From positions 26,846,001 through 26,910,000 of the forward strand of contig CM069145.1 of assembly GCA_035221665.1 (NCBI GenBank): a DNA stretch of 64,000 bases, read 5' to 3'. The number at the start of each line of letters is the position of its first letter. Within the stretch, counting starts at the first letter, position 1. The notes below the pieces were generated by a model. That model saw only the letters and a program-made list of their open reading frames with translations, made no database searches and was not told the origin of the DNA. This DNA is from Okamejei kenojei (Eukaryota). A program made the position numbers and the translations under genes. This document shows, one piece after another, positions 52,872 to 64,000 of this stretch.

Positions 52872-54579
52872 ACTTTAACTAACCAACCCCTTGGTTTACT
52901 CCCAGTGAAGGGAATTAAAATTCACACAATACTCTTTACCTCACAGGCTGCTCAGAAATATATAACTGTAAATATTGAGCTCCATAGTAAAAGACAAACC
53001 ATGGCATTTTGGCATCTGAAATACTTTAAATCTGTTATTTTTGACAGTTTTCTGCCTTTCTTTGCAGAAATTTCTTGTCCACAGTGCACAATGTGGATAT
53101 TTTTGGCACCTTTTTGTTCCCAAAGTAAATTGCATTTCCAACTGGATGGCGAACTTCTCTGAACATCAAGTCGGCTCAGTAAGAGTGGTTATGAGATCCT
53201 TCCTCGGGTAAATTATTTTAATTTGAAAAGCACTGTTAGGGTTTTACAACTAATGGGAGTTCTGGGATAATTTATTGTAATATTATTCAACTCACTGAGT
53301 GCCTTGTCTTTTAAAAAAATCTAACATAATGCCACGTGAAGAAGATTTCAACTAATGTAGATTGAAAGATTGGCACAACTATTGCTATACACGGTGCTAT
53401 TGAGGAGTGGACAGCTGGATGTTTAAGGTACTATTTGAGCTACAATAAAGCTTTCTGGAATTAAATAAATGACAGAGGCTGTAATTGGAGACAGCACGGA
53501 TAAGCCATTCATATTTGTTCCTTTTAGATAAGGATGACTAATGGACTGCTTTGCCCAACTAGTTTTGTACAATATCTGAACTGTTCTTCAGCATGTTATT
53601 ACGTGCATTAGCTTCACTAGGAGAAATACCCTCTGTCTGGTTGTACAGATATGTGGCCCCTTGCCAGCTCTTGTGTAATAAGGGACTGACAATGAACGGA
53701 AGAGCAGTTTGTTGGCCTTTAACACTAACTTTCAATTCTTGATCAACTCTTTGGAGCCTTTAGGACTCCAGCTAAAAGCTGGGAAATAGCAGGACAAAGG
53801 AAAGCAGCATAAACACAGTATAATATATCAAGTTAAAAGCCAATGCACCCAGATTTTTTAAACTGGTTAAATCAAGTTCAATTTTGAGAGAACTTTCTGT
53901 GCTTAAGAGTTCCTCTGATCTTTTGATTTAAAAAAATACTAACAGTATTGTTACCTTTAAATGCAAGGATCTTCAAACTTTCTGTTTTAGTTACCAAAAT
54001 ATGTGGATTTTTTCCCACTGTAGAACCATTATAGTATCGTGGATAAGGAGCTACACACAGAAGGGCAATGTTGAATATTTTCTGGGATGTATGGAGATTG
54101 AACATTACATTTTATTGTTCGATTTCCTCAGTCCTGCTTGGTGGGGGTTGGGTAACGTACCACTTTGTCATTGGAACAGTTGATTGCTAGATTTTGTTTA
54201 TTATGGAGAAGTTTCCCTTGAGATTATTAGCGAGGAGTGTCACTTCACAGCTGACTGAAAAGTCTGGACTGTGATAAAGATACAGTATGGAAGCAATGGC
54301 TAGGAAATAAAATTGGAAATAATGCTGGCCACACAAATTCTGAATATAAGTTAATATGGCATATATATATAGCTTATCATCTGAAATGCATAGTGGAAGA
54401 CAAAAGGTAAAATAGATCCATATTCCATTCACGAACAAAAGTGAGATGTGAAAGAGGGGGATGTTAACGCTCAGATGAAAATACCATCACATATAATACA
54501 GGTACGCCATTGATTTTCCAGCACCCTTGGTTTCAGAGCCTTGCTGGATTATCCATTTTGTCAGATCAACAGAGGTCAC

Positions 54580-54697
54580 ATAATAATAATAATTATATAT
54601 TATTATATACTATAATTATTAATAATTATAATACTAATTCAATAATAATAATAATACTAATTATAATACTTATTCAATAATCATAATACTAATTATA
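54580..54697. repeat. AT-rich (AAT/ATT)n low-complexity tract
   Basis: ataataataattatatattattatatactataattatt... Confidence 0.8.
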
Positions 54698-55099
54698 TCC
54701 CTCCCGTATCTCTAAAGCATCATGGACTGTTGTTCACTTAAACAAAGAATTGCCAATTAACAAAGAAGCAAACAATTAAAGGGCCTGTCCCTCTGCGGCG
54801 ATCTAATTTGCGAGTTTAGAAGGGTTTGCGCTCGACACAAACTCGCAGCATGGTTGACACGTGGTCCTAGGAGGACCTATGAGGTCACTGGAACTCTCCT
54901 TCATGCTCGAGGGAAATTCCCGCATATTTCCGGCCTCAGTTTGGTTGAGAAAACATTTTCAGCATGTTGAAACATTTTCCGCGAGTAAAAATTGGTCGGC
55001 ATGGTTCTTTTTAACTTGTAGTGCAGTGGAGTGGGGTCGCTATGTACAGGCAGTTGAGGGCATCCGTAGGCAATCTCATTCTCTGACCGGGCATTTTAA

Positions 55100-55419
55100 A
55101 AGCCCTGTCCCACGGTACGAGTTCATTCCAAGAGCTCTCCCGAGTTTAAAAAAAATCAAACTCATGGTAAGCTTGGAGAATTAACGTAGCTGGTACGTCA
55201 GAGCTCGGGGATGTCTCATAGCGCTAACAGCAAGTACTCGGGAAGACTCGCTAATGGCAGGTAAGCACAGGAAGACTCGTGAGGATTTTTCAACATGATG
55301 AAAAATGTCCACGAGAGCCCCGAGTACCGACTAGTGGCCATTAAAGTAAATCTCTGAGTTCGAATCAGGGCAAACTCGGGAGAGCTCTTGGAATTAACTC
55401 ATACCGTGGGACAGGGCTT
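55100..55419. mobile_element. Nested PIF/Harbinger-type MITE (320 bp)
   Basis: 48-bp TIRs AAGCCCTGTCCCACGGTA...CCCGAGTTT with 2 mismatches; TAA TSD at 55097-99 and 55420-22. Confidence 0.85.
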
Positions 55420-55705
55420 TAATTGGCTCATTGGAGTTTTCAGGACCAAGGGAAACCGACCGGTAGGTAAAATGCTCACTAAACTTTATTAAAAGTTGTC
55501 TGGCTTCGTAAAAGTGTCTCCACTCCTTCTCCCCCCCTTTCCCCCTTCTCCCCTTCTCTCCCCCTCTCTCCCTTTCTCACCCCCCTCCTCCCTCCGCGCT
55601 CTCTAAATGACTTACCGTACACTGTGCAGCCGTCTTTTACCTTCCTCTTCATCGTGGGTGTGAATTTCAGACAACGCTCCCCCGCTTTCCCTGGCCCCCG
55701 CCTTT

Positions 55706-55731
55706 GGTGTGTGTGTGTGTGTGTGTGTGTG
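55706..55731. repeat. (GT)n microsatellite
   Basis: Visible GT run inside the Harbinger-type element. Confidence 0.9.
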
Positions 55732-56544
55732 CGTGCGCATGCAGTCGATCGATTCAGCTCACGGTTTCAACGCTGACGGTCGATCCAGCTCGAGGTTTTT
55801 CAGGCGAGTGCCCTCGAGCTTGAAGGTGGAAGAAGGTCGCTGAAAGGTCGCGTCAGTGGGACAGGCCCTTAACTCTTTCAGAATGGAGGCACATGTCCTG
55901 AAAGAGCATGCGCCACACGCAATGCTCTCGTAATTCTGTCAAATCAGTGGTGCGCATGTATCACACCATCATCATTGTTACAATTTCCAGCCATGCAGGT
56001 CTCATGCACTAACATACACATTTGTAGGTCAATTGGCTTCTGTAATTTGTCCCTAGTGTGCAGGATAGAACTAGTGTACAGGTGGTCGTTGGTCGGCATG
56101 GAACCAGTGGGTTGTAGAGCCTGTTTCCATGCTGTATCTCTAAATTAACCTCTCTAAACTAAGTTAACCTAAACTGAACATGCAGAGTTAGGCATGGAGT
56201 GATAATGTTGAGTACAATCGCCCTACCAGTTACTAGTGTACCGGTCATACACCAGTCATACATGTTTCAGAGTGAGCAGCAAGGTTGCATCTTTACGAAT
56301 GGCAGCACCCAGCCTGGGTCAAGCCCTCTAATATAATTTCTGCAAAAGCTGTTCCAGCAGCACATCTGCCAATCAGTCCAGGCTGCAAGCTGCAGATATT
56401 TGATTAGTTGGGGGTTTTTTTTGTGAAACTCTGATTATTATGGAGTTACAAATATTATGGAGAGTGCCATTACTGGGAAAATCATTCCTGAAATTACCAT
56501 CGCATATATGAGTATGGGATCCCTAAATTTAATGACGTTTATTT

Positions 56545-56841
56545 TTAGTTTAGAGATACACTGCGGAAACAGGCCCTTCGTCCATCGAGTCCGCACCGAC
56601 AAATCCCCGCACACTAACGCAATCCTACACGTACTAGGGACAATTTACATTTATACCAAGCCAATTAACTTACAAACCTGTACGTTTTTGGAGTGTGGGA
56701 AGAAACCAAAGTTCTCGGAGAAAGCCCATGCAGGTCACGGGGAGAGCGTACAAACTCTTTACAGACAAGCACCTGTAGTCAGGATCAAACCTGGGTCTCT
56801 GACGCTGTGAGGCAGTAACTCTACTGCTGTGCCACCGTGCC
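56545..56841 (-). mobile_element. HE1-like V-SINE, near full length
   Basis: Minus strand starts GGCACGGTGGCACAGCAGTAGAGTTACTGCCTCACAGCGTCAGAGACCCAGGTTTGATCCTG (A and B boxes), then V-domain and CR1-type tail. Confidence 0.9.
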
Positions 56842-57730
56842 AATTAAGTATTTGTTCAAAACAGGTTCAGTTATTCATCCGATTTGCAATTGGTGCCTTA
56901 ATTTACTTGGGGAGTATCATATTTATTAATCTAGTTTACTATAATATTTTCATTGAAAGTGATAAAAGAACAACATTAGCAGTTTTAAAGTGATTTGGAA
57001 CAGTTTATTTCTCTTCCTAATGATTTTCCATTGGTGCTTATGCAAATGCAGTATTGATTCTAAGATGCCCTGGTCGGCATCCTCGTGACCGTTCTTCAGA
57101 TGAGCGGTGTGATGGTGTGGGTTGTTTAACTTCAGAGGCATGTGAGGATTCTCATTCCACAGCACAGAAATTGTGAGGAGAGGCAATTATGTTCTTTTTA
57201 CCTCCCCTCCCCCCCATACCCTCTCTCCCCTACCCCCTCTCCCCATAATGTTACAAGGCGTTGGACCTGAGTCCTCGCAGCCCAAGAAGTGCTCAATGAA
57301 GGGTGGAAATGTGAGAACAGAACTCTGCGGTCTCTGAAAGGAAAGTCTTAGAGTAACATTTTTGGAAAATATTTGAGATTCTTAATGGACCGAAGAAATT
57401 GAAATAGTACTTTTAGTTATGCCAAGCTAAAGGACACAGATCATAGATCATAACCCAACTGAGAGTCAGTGGCAATCAACGTTGTGAAATCCAGGTTGTG
57501 TGTAAGTGCCAGAGAATGTTCCTTTACATAAAGTACAAATAGTTTGTCACAAAGTCCGAGTGAGGAAGGTGGGGCAGCACGTCGTAACAGAGTGGTGCGA
57601 GACTACAATGGGAAAGTGACAAGCTTGGTTTGCAAAGAGAATTCAATCAAATAAAGTTGATTGCAACTTGTTACATGAGCCACAGCTTCACCTGCAATGA
57701 ATAATTAGCCTTGTTCGAACCTTGTAATCT

Positions 57731-58085
57731 CAGGGCTGCCAACATTGGGTGAGAGTTGGGAGTGAGAAATTGCGAGAGACCAAGCCCGAGGGAGCTTAGC
57801 GACTGGTGGGGGTGATTTCTATCGCCCCCTCCCATTAGTACGGAGCTTTCGCATTTTTCAGCTTGAAATTGTGCAATCTGGTGCATACTGTAGCGAGTCT
57901 TTTAACTTACACTTGAATGCAATATGTATGCTTTAAATTGGATTAGCTATGAATAAGGTTAGGCTAAATTACATTCCTAATAACATTCCACAGTAGAGCC
58001 TGGCTCTGATCAACAGGTGCAGCAGATGAATGATCTTAGTGTATTCATGTATGGAAATCCGATTATAATCAAGCACTTGGCCCAT
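57731..58085. mobile_element. Probable truncated hAT-type non-autonomous element
   Basis: Starts CAGGGCTGCCAAC (hAT-like terminus); no matching right TIR found. Confidence 0.35.
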
Positions 58086-59756
58086 GCTGACCAACCTGGG
58101 TCTCACTGCACAACTGGTACTACTCCTGGCCCTGACTCCAGTTGCATACCCTCTCTCATTCCTGGCCCTGAGTCCATCCCTACACCTGCCCCCCTATTCT
58201 ACCCTGATCGTAGCTGCTTACCTGATTAGGTTCCCAGTGCTGAACACTCCCATTGTCACAGCTTTGACTGCACACCTAGTACTATTCCAGACCTTGACTC
58301 TATCTAATGCGGTAATCTTTTATGGGGCACTACACGGGTCAAATTTTGTATTAAAAAATTTGCTACATCCATTGGCTTCCTTGTTATCTAATATGCAAGT
58401 TACTTTGTCAAATAAGTCATCAATTGGTTGAACACAATTTCTCATCCATAAAACTATACTCACTCAGCTGTATAAGTATTCTGTTACCATTTCCTTCACT
58501 TTGCTAACAAACTGTCCTGAAGTCACTTTCACCCCCAATATTTTCAGTATTTTGCTGTCATCCTCGAAATGCAAAGTTCAATAACTATATATTTAAGCAA
58601 TAATATTCTATTTAATGTGATCTTGAGAGTACATAATATTTTCTGTCGTATTCATAACAGAACAATGATAAAAAGATTGTTGTTCTGATTGCACCTACTA
58701 ACATGCATACATTATTATATTACAGTTAGTATGTACCGAGGGCAAGTTTTTGTTCCAATGCTCCCCATTCCCAATTACCTTTACATTGGTGATTGAAATC
58801 CAAGTGAAGTTTAAATGGCATCAGAAAATAAAACCTCTGGAATGGATGATATTCATTACGTGGTTGGTTGGAGTCAGTATTAGCACAATTACTATATTAA
58901 ACTTTGAATCTTCAGATGTCCTGGTTCAAGCTAAAACTAAAGACAAATAATAATCTCCTCACACATTCCCCTGCAAGTATCTCTGTCACTCCTTTAAAAT
59001 ATGCCCCTTCTTTGAACAAGCTCTTAAACATCACATCAGAATCAGTTTCCATCTGATTACACTCCTTGAGGATGTTAATTTACGTGTTCAATTAATAAAA
59101 TGAGATTGGGGACATTTCTATTCAACCTGTCAAAGGAATTTGGGGGGGGGGGGGGGGGGTTAGAAATAGTCAGTGAGGTAAACAAACATAATAGTTGAGT
59201 GGCAAGTGATAATAGTGCTACCTTCCCAATATTTAACTGAAGGAAATAATGGGTTATCAGGGCTGTATGTTGTGACAGACAGCCTGACACCTTCCATGTC
59301 ATTTTAATATTACACTTACCCCATCCACCCTGGATATTCCGGATTAATTAATTAAGGTTTTGTGAACTAATTGCAAATCAGGCTAATTACAAATCAATAA
59401 CATTAGCCAACTCCGAAACACGAAGTGCTGAGCATTGGGATCCAGACATCACGGACAACTGGCCTCAGTTCCCCGCTCACATCTGGCAGTGCTCTCTGTC
59501 TGAACCAGAGGCCGTGCAGCGTTTTTGAAAGTGGGGAGGCTAAGTGTTCACTGATCACTGGCCTTGGGGGTACCCGGCGAGGGAGTGGAGCAACTGAGTG
59601 GAGGGAGGGTGTGGGAAGGGAGTGGCCCCCCTCCCACGGTAGGAACATTTTGAAATTTGATGTATTCAAATCATGTTTTAGTGCATTGTAGAAGTATGAT
59701 TTCAATGTTTTTTGTTTGAAGTATTTTTAAGAGGTAACTTTTTAAGGGGTAACTTT

Positions 59757-59970
59757 ATCCACTCAAAGGGTGGTGGGTGTATGGAACAAGCTGCCAGAGG
59801 AGGTAGTTGAGGCAGGGACTATCGCAACATTTAAGAAACAGACTGATACATGGATGGGACAGGTTTGGAGGGATTTGGACCAAAAGCAGGTAGTGTAGCT
59901 GGGACATGTTGGTGGGTGTGGGAAAGGTGGGCCGAAGGGCCTGTTTTCACACTGTATCACTCTATGACTA
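59757..59970 (+). mobile_element. CR1 LINE 3' end
   Basis: gggtggtgggtgtatggaacaagctgccagaggagg..gggccgaagggcctgttttcacactgtatcactctatgact. Confidence 0.85.
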
Positions 59971-60038
59971 CATTATACCTCCACCATGCATGAATGCTTC
60001 AAAATCAAGTGGTTGAGTTTTATTGCCATATGCTCAAG

Positions 60039-60381
60039 CATAGAAACATAGAAAATAGGTGCAGGAATAGGCCATTCGGCCCTTCGAGCCAGCACTGCCA
60101 TTCAATATGATCATGGCTGTTCATCTAAAATTAGTACGTCTTTCCTGTTTTTTCCCCATATCCCTTGATTCTGCTAGCCCCAAGAGCTAAATGTAACGCT
60201 CTTGAAGACATCCAGTGAATTGGCCTGCACTGCCTTTTGTGGCAGAGAATTCCACAGATTCACAACTCTCTGCGTGAAGAAAGTTTGTCCTCATCTCAGT
60301 CCTAAATGGCTTACTCCTTATTTTTAAACGGTGTGACCCCTTGTTCTGAACGCCCCCAATATTGGGAACATTTTTCCTGCA
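60039..60381 (-). mobile_element. CR1 LINE 3' end, joined to the TDP2-like fragment
   Basis: Minus-strand tail CCTGCACCTATTTTCTATGTTTCTATG at 60039-60066; VVNLWNSLPQKAV remnant. Confidence 0.88.
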
Positions 60382-60487
60382 GTTACAGTAAGTGAAAATC
60401 TAGCAGGCAAGCAGGATGCTTTCTCCAACCAACCCCCATTTGACGGCCACTATCTTCCACCGCTTCTACCCAGTGCTTGGTACCTAC

Positions 60488-60642
60488 TTCCAGCAGCCAC
60501 TGGTTGTCCTCCAGGATGCACCGAGCCGCAGGGTGATCCATGCCGGTCACCAGGGTGAATTCGGCACAGAGACTCTCACGGCAGCGGCGCAACGCTTCCG
60601 ACGCCTCCGACGACCCGGAATCTTGCACTGAGGCTGCTCCAT
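60488..60642 (-). pseudogene. TDP2: Orphan copy of a TDP2-like (tyrosyl-DNA phosphodiesterase 2) first coding exon, UBA-like N-terminus, frameshifted
   Basis: RRCRESLCAEFTLVTGMDHPAARCILEDNQWLLE resembles human TDP2 KRRLLCVEFASVASCDAAVAQCFLAENDWEME (recalled); ends at donor GAA|GTAGGT; Kozak gccATGG at 60642 is one base out of frame (155 nt); no later exons seen. Confidence 0.7.
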
Positions 60643-61295
60643 GGCCGGAGTTGCAGCAAGCGACTCGCCAGCCCCGCAAACACTCGCCAGCCCCGGCTCC
60701 CCGTCCGCATCTGTCCCCGCCGCTGCTTCTGCTTCCATCCCTCCCTCCGCCCCGGCTCTCCAACACCCTCGGCCCGTGCAGTTGATATTAGTTTTGAAAT
60801 TCTCAGAGATCACAGAGCGTGAGGAATTCTGTGATCAGCATGAGAGCGTGAGAATTGGGTGAAAGGCTCAAGTTGGCAGCTCTGTAATCTGATGCCAAGA
60901 CACAACTTTTCTCTCAATGCTAGCAAGGCAAAGGAGATTGAGATTGACTTCAGGAAACAAATCATTCCACATACCCTGGTATACATTGACAGTGAGGAAG
61001 TAGAGATAGTTGAAAGCTTCAAGCTCATAGGAGTAAATATATTATGCAACTTTTCCTGGACCAACCATATCAAAGCAATGACCAAGAAAGCACATCAATG
61101 CCTTTACTTCCTTAGAAGGCTTAGGAAGTTTGGCATGACACCAACTCTCACCAACGTCTACCGACGCACCATAGAAAATAATTAATCAGGATGCATAGTT
61201 TGGGGAACAGCACTGCCTTGGCAAGGCCACCAGCATAACCAAAGGTGAATCTCATCTTCTCCCCTCTCCTATCAGGCAAAAGGTACAGAAGTGTG

Positions 61296-62146
61296 GGGGG
61301 GGGGGGGGGAGGGTGGGAGAAACAAGGTTTTAGTCTCTCCCTTCGGGGGGATGCGACCTTTTCTTGTCGTGTCCCCCGTCACCGTCTCCGTCTGTGCTGA
61401 GGCCTAATGGCGGAGCTGGTGGCCTCGGAGCTGTGGCGAGCGTTCAGAGCTCCAGTGTTCCAGCGGCGGCGGCGGCCCGGCTTCGGGGCTTCGGGGCTTC
61501 GGTGCTCCAGCAGTTGCTCCAGCGGTGCTCCAGTAGCGGCCCGGCATTGGCGCTCCGGCGGCTCTCCAGCGGGTGCTCCAGCAGCGGCCCGGCTCCGGCG
61601 GCTCTCCAGCGGCTCTCCAGCGGGTGCTCCAGCGGCGGCCCGGCTTCGGCGCTCCGGCGGCTCCGGCGGCTCTCCAGCGGCTCTCCAGCAGGTGCTCCAG
61701 CGGCGGCCCAGCTCCGGCGGCTCAGGCGGCTCTCCAGCGGCTCTCCAGCAGGTGCTCCAGCGGCGGCCCGGCTTCAGAGCTCCGGCGGCTCCAGCGTTCC
61801 CGTGGTCGATCCTGGCTGGGGGCTGTGGTGGTGTTCCGGCGTTCCGGCGGCGGCGGCGGTGGCGGCCTGGCTTCGGAGGCTCGGCCGCGGGCCTGGTGGA
61901 CGATGACATCGAAGGCCTGGATTGCCTCAGTACAGAGGGGGAACAAGTAGGGGAAAATGACAAAGACTTTAAGACTTTTGCCTTCCACCACAGTGAGGAG
62001 GTGCTTGGTGAACTCACTGTGGTGGATGTTAAATTATGTGTTTATTGTGTGTTTTGTTTTAATTTATTACATGTTATGACTGCAAGGTAACAAATTTCGT
62101 TCAGACCGAAAGGTCTGAATGACAATAAAGGAATTCAATCAATTCA
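61296..62146 (+). mobile_element. Young non-autonomous retroposon carrying a GC-rich minisatellite
   Basis: Perfect 25-bp TSD ATCAGGCAAAAGGTACAGAAGTGTG (61271-61295 and 62147-62171); 3' hairpin TTCAGACC-GAAA-GGTCTGAA, AATAAA and an ATTCA-like tail. Confidence 0.85.
61455..61890. repeat. CpG-rich imperfect tandem repeat
   Basis: Reiterated ggctccggcggctctccagcgg / gtgctccagcggcggccc units. Confidence 0.9.
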
Positions 62147-64000
62147 ATCAGGCAAAAGGTACAGAAGTGTGAAAAACCTCACCTCCATATTGAGGGATAG
62201 TTTTTCCCAGATTGTTCTCAGGCAACTGAACCATCCTACCAACAACTAGAGAGCAGTCCTGAACTACTATCTACCTCATGGAGACCCTTGGACTATCGTT
62301 AATTGGATTTTACTGGACTTTATCTTGTACTAAACGTTATTCCCTTTTTCATGTATCTGTACATTAGGGGTGGCTCGATTGTAATCATGAATAGTCTTTC
62401 TGCCTCCTGGTCAGCATGCATCAAAAACGTTTTCACTGTACCTCACCATATGTGGCAATAAACTATACAAAACTCATATAGTTTTTTGTGTTAGGGTTAA
62501 TGTTGGTGAATGGTTAAACTTAATGGAAGAGTGAATGCCCACTTTTTAAATATCAACAGCTCTTGCAAAAATATTTATTTGCTCTGATCTGTGTTGCTCT
62601 CTTGCTCTGAAAACTCCCCTCTGTTTCTTGGATTCACTGAACAAAAAAAGTAACATCTAAAGTAAAAGTACTTTGGCTTCTATTTCTCTCCAGGGTCAAA
62701 GTTATTTGAATCCAATTAATAAGTACTTTTCTTTTCAATTTGTAATTTCATGTATGGTTACATTTCTTCGAAAAGCCTGAGCATCCAAAACTCTTGTGCT
62801 GTAGATGTATTAAAAACAATTCTAAAATAAGGCTTATTGTGGTCTTATTCCTCACTAACTGCAGTGCGCTCTGAAACATTTGAGGTCTTCTGGAATGAAA
62901 CTGATATTATTTTCTGGAGTGATTAGTGTCAAATTTTATTTGATAGTGCTCCTATGAAGCACTTTGGGATGTATGACTATGTTAAATATGTTATCAAATT
63001 GTATGTTTTTGTTACAATTGAGTTTGTTATAATGCATACTGGTTTAACATTAAGAGAAAAGCCACCATTGCAAATGTCTGTGCAAGTCAGAGTGATATTG
63101 CATGGAAAAAGGCCATCTCCTGAGATGCTGCCTGACCTGCTGAGTTACACCACACTTTGTGTCCATTTGTGTAAACCAGCATCTGCAGTTCCTTGCGTCT
63201 ACTCTCCTCTTTACCTGGGTCTGCCTTTCATCAAGCAGCCCCATTCTCTGGCAGTTTTTTTTTTGCTCCAGTTTACAGCATCTCTAGTCACCAAGCCTTA
63301 AATATCTATCTGGCACAATAGTTTTGGATATCCAAGCCAATATAAAGCGGTGGGCATGGGTAAATATAATTTAACCTGGAGCTTTGAATATGTTCAAAAT
63401 GACAGGCTGGCCTGAGAAGTATTGGAATAGTCACATCCAGAGGTAGTGTAGACATGGATTCAAATTTCAGGCTCAAGTGTAGATTATGAATCAGTTTCCC
63501 CACAACCAGTCTCTGTGTTTGCAGGCCAGGTCCAGACCAGGGCACTTGAGGTCGCATAAATCAGAAATGGAAGCTACAGAATGAAATAGGAAAAGCTCTG
63601 ATGCAGAAATACTACAGTGTTCATCTCCTGCGGCCATGACGGCATGCAAATCTGAACGGTGTCCCATGTGGGGATATCGGAGCATTTGTGATGTCTTCAG
63701 GTGGTGGTGCTCCTTTGGCAATAACTCCACCATGCTGTCAGGCCAGAAATTACAAATAAAGGTCAAAAGTACAAGTGATTAACATGACTCATTCGATTTC
63801 CGGCTATATGTTGGTGGCCTCAAGTAATTCCTTCATTTGTAAGCAATAAGCCATCAGGCTGCACTTTCTGTTCCCTAAATCAGGAGCCAACCCTATTTTG
63901 ATATTTGCTGAATAATTCTGATCTGACGATGCTTTGTGAAGTGCTTTAGTTTAACCCCTTGATTTCTCCATTCTCCAGGTCATTCTTTGTTCTCTGTGCC

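Larger units (their letters stand above)
54780..55869. mobile_element. Non-autonomous PIF/Harbinger-type element (outer)
   Basis: TIR AGGGCCTGTCCC and GGGACAGGCCCT; TAA on both flanks (54777-79 and 55870-72); contains a (GT)n tract. Confidence 0.8.
60790..62460 (+). mobile_element. Rex1/Babar-like LINE 3' fragment split by a younger insertion
   Basis: ORF 60859-61185: HNFSLNASKAKEIEIDFRK..VEIVESFKLIGVNI..WTNHI..KKAHQCLYFLRRLRKF; resumes after 62147. Confidence 0.85.

Noticed and set aside
56770-56841. tRNA-like sequence with A and B boxes
   Set aside because: It is the head of an HE1-like SINE, not a tRNA gene
36300-60000. Search for further TDP2 exons or a downstream neighbour gene such as HABP2
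   Set aside because: No recognisable exons by eye or in the ORF track; short exons could still be missed
61364-62090. Several long overlapping ORFs (180-227 aa) on both strands
   Set aside because: They arise from a stop-poor GC-rich minisatellite within a TSD-bounded insertion; the peptides are repetitive with no domain

Overview
Vertebrate genomic DNA, most likely a cartilaginous fish (skate/ray), judged from HE1-type V-SINEs and CR1/HER1-like LINEs. Bases 1 to ~36.2 kb hold the 3' half of TCF7L2 (TCF4, Wnt effector) on the + strand. I resolved 11 exons at base level (human-numbering exons 6-12 and 14-17), including the HMG box, the LVPQ and SxxSS alternative splice sites, the two C-clamp exons (CRARF/CRALF), the 25-nt exon 16, a last exon readable in several frames, and a ~1.5 kb 3' UTR. 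The rest is intronic or intergenic DNA rich in transposon relics: a full-length dead Tc1 (IR/DR type), hAT and nested Harbinger MITEs, CR1 and Rex1 LINEs, SINEs, and a Penelope-like element with hammerhead-ribozyme-type motifs. The most unusual item is an orphan, unspliced copy of what looks like TDP2 exon 1 plus the start of its intron, fused in sense to a CR1 3' end (60.0-60.8 kb), which suggests a gene-LINE retro-chimera. Repeat boundaries are approximate unless a TIR or TSD is quoted. Comparisons with human sequences are from recall, not from a database search.
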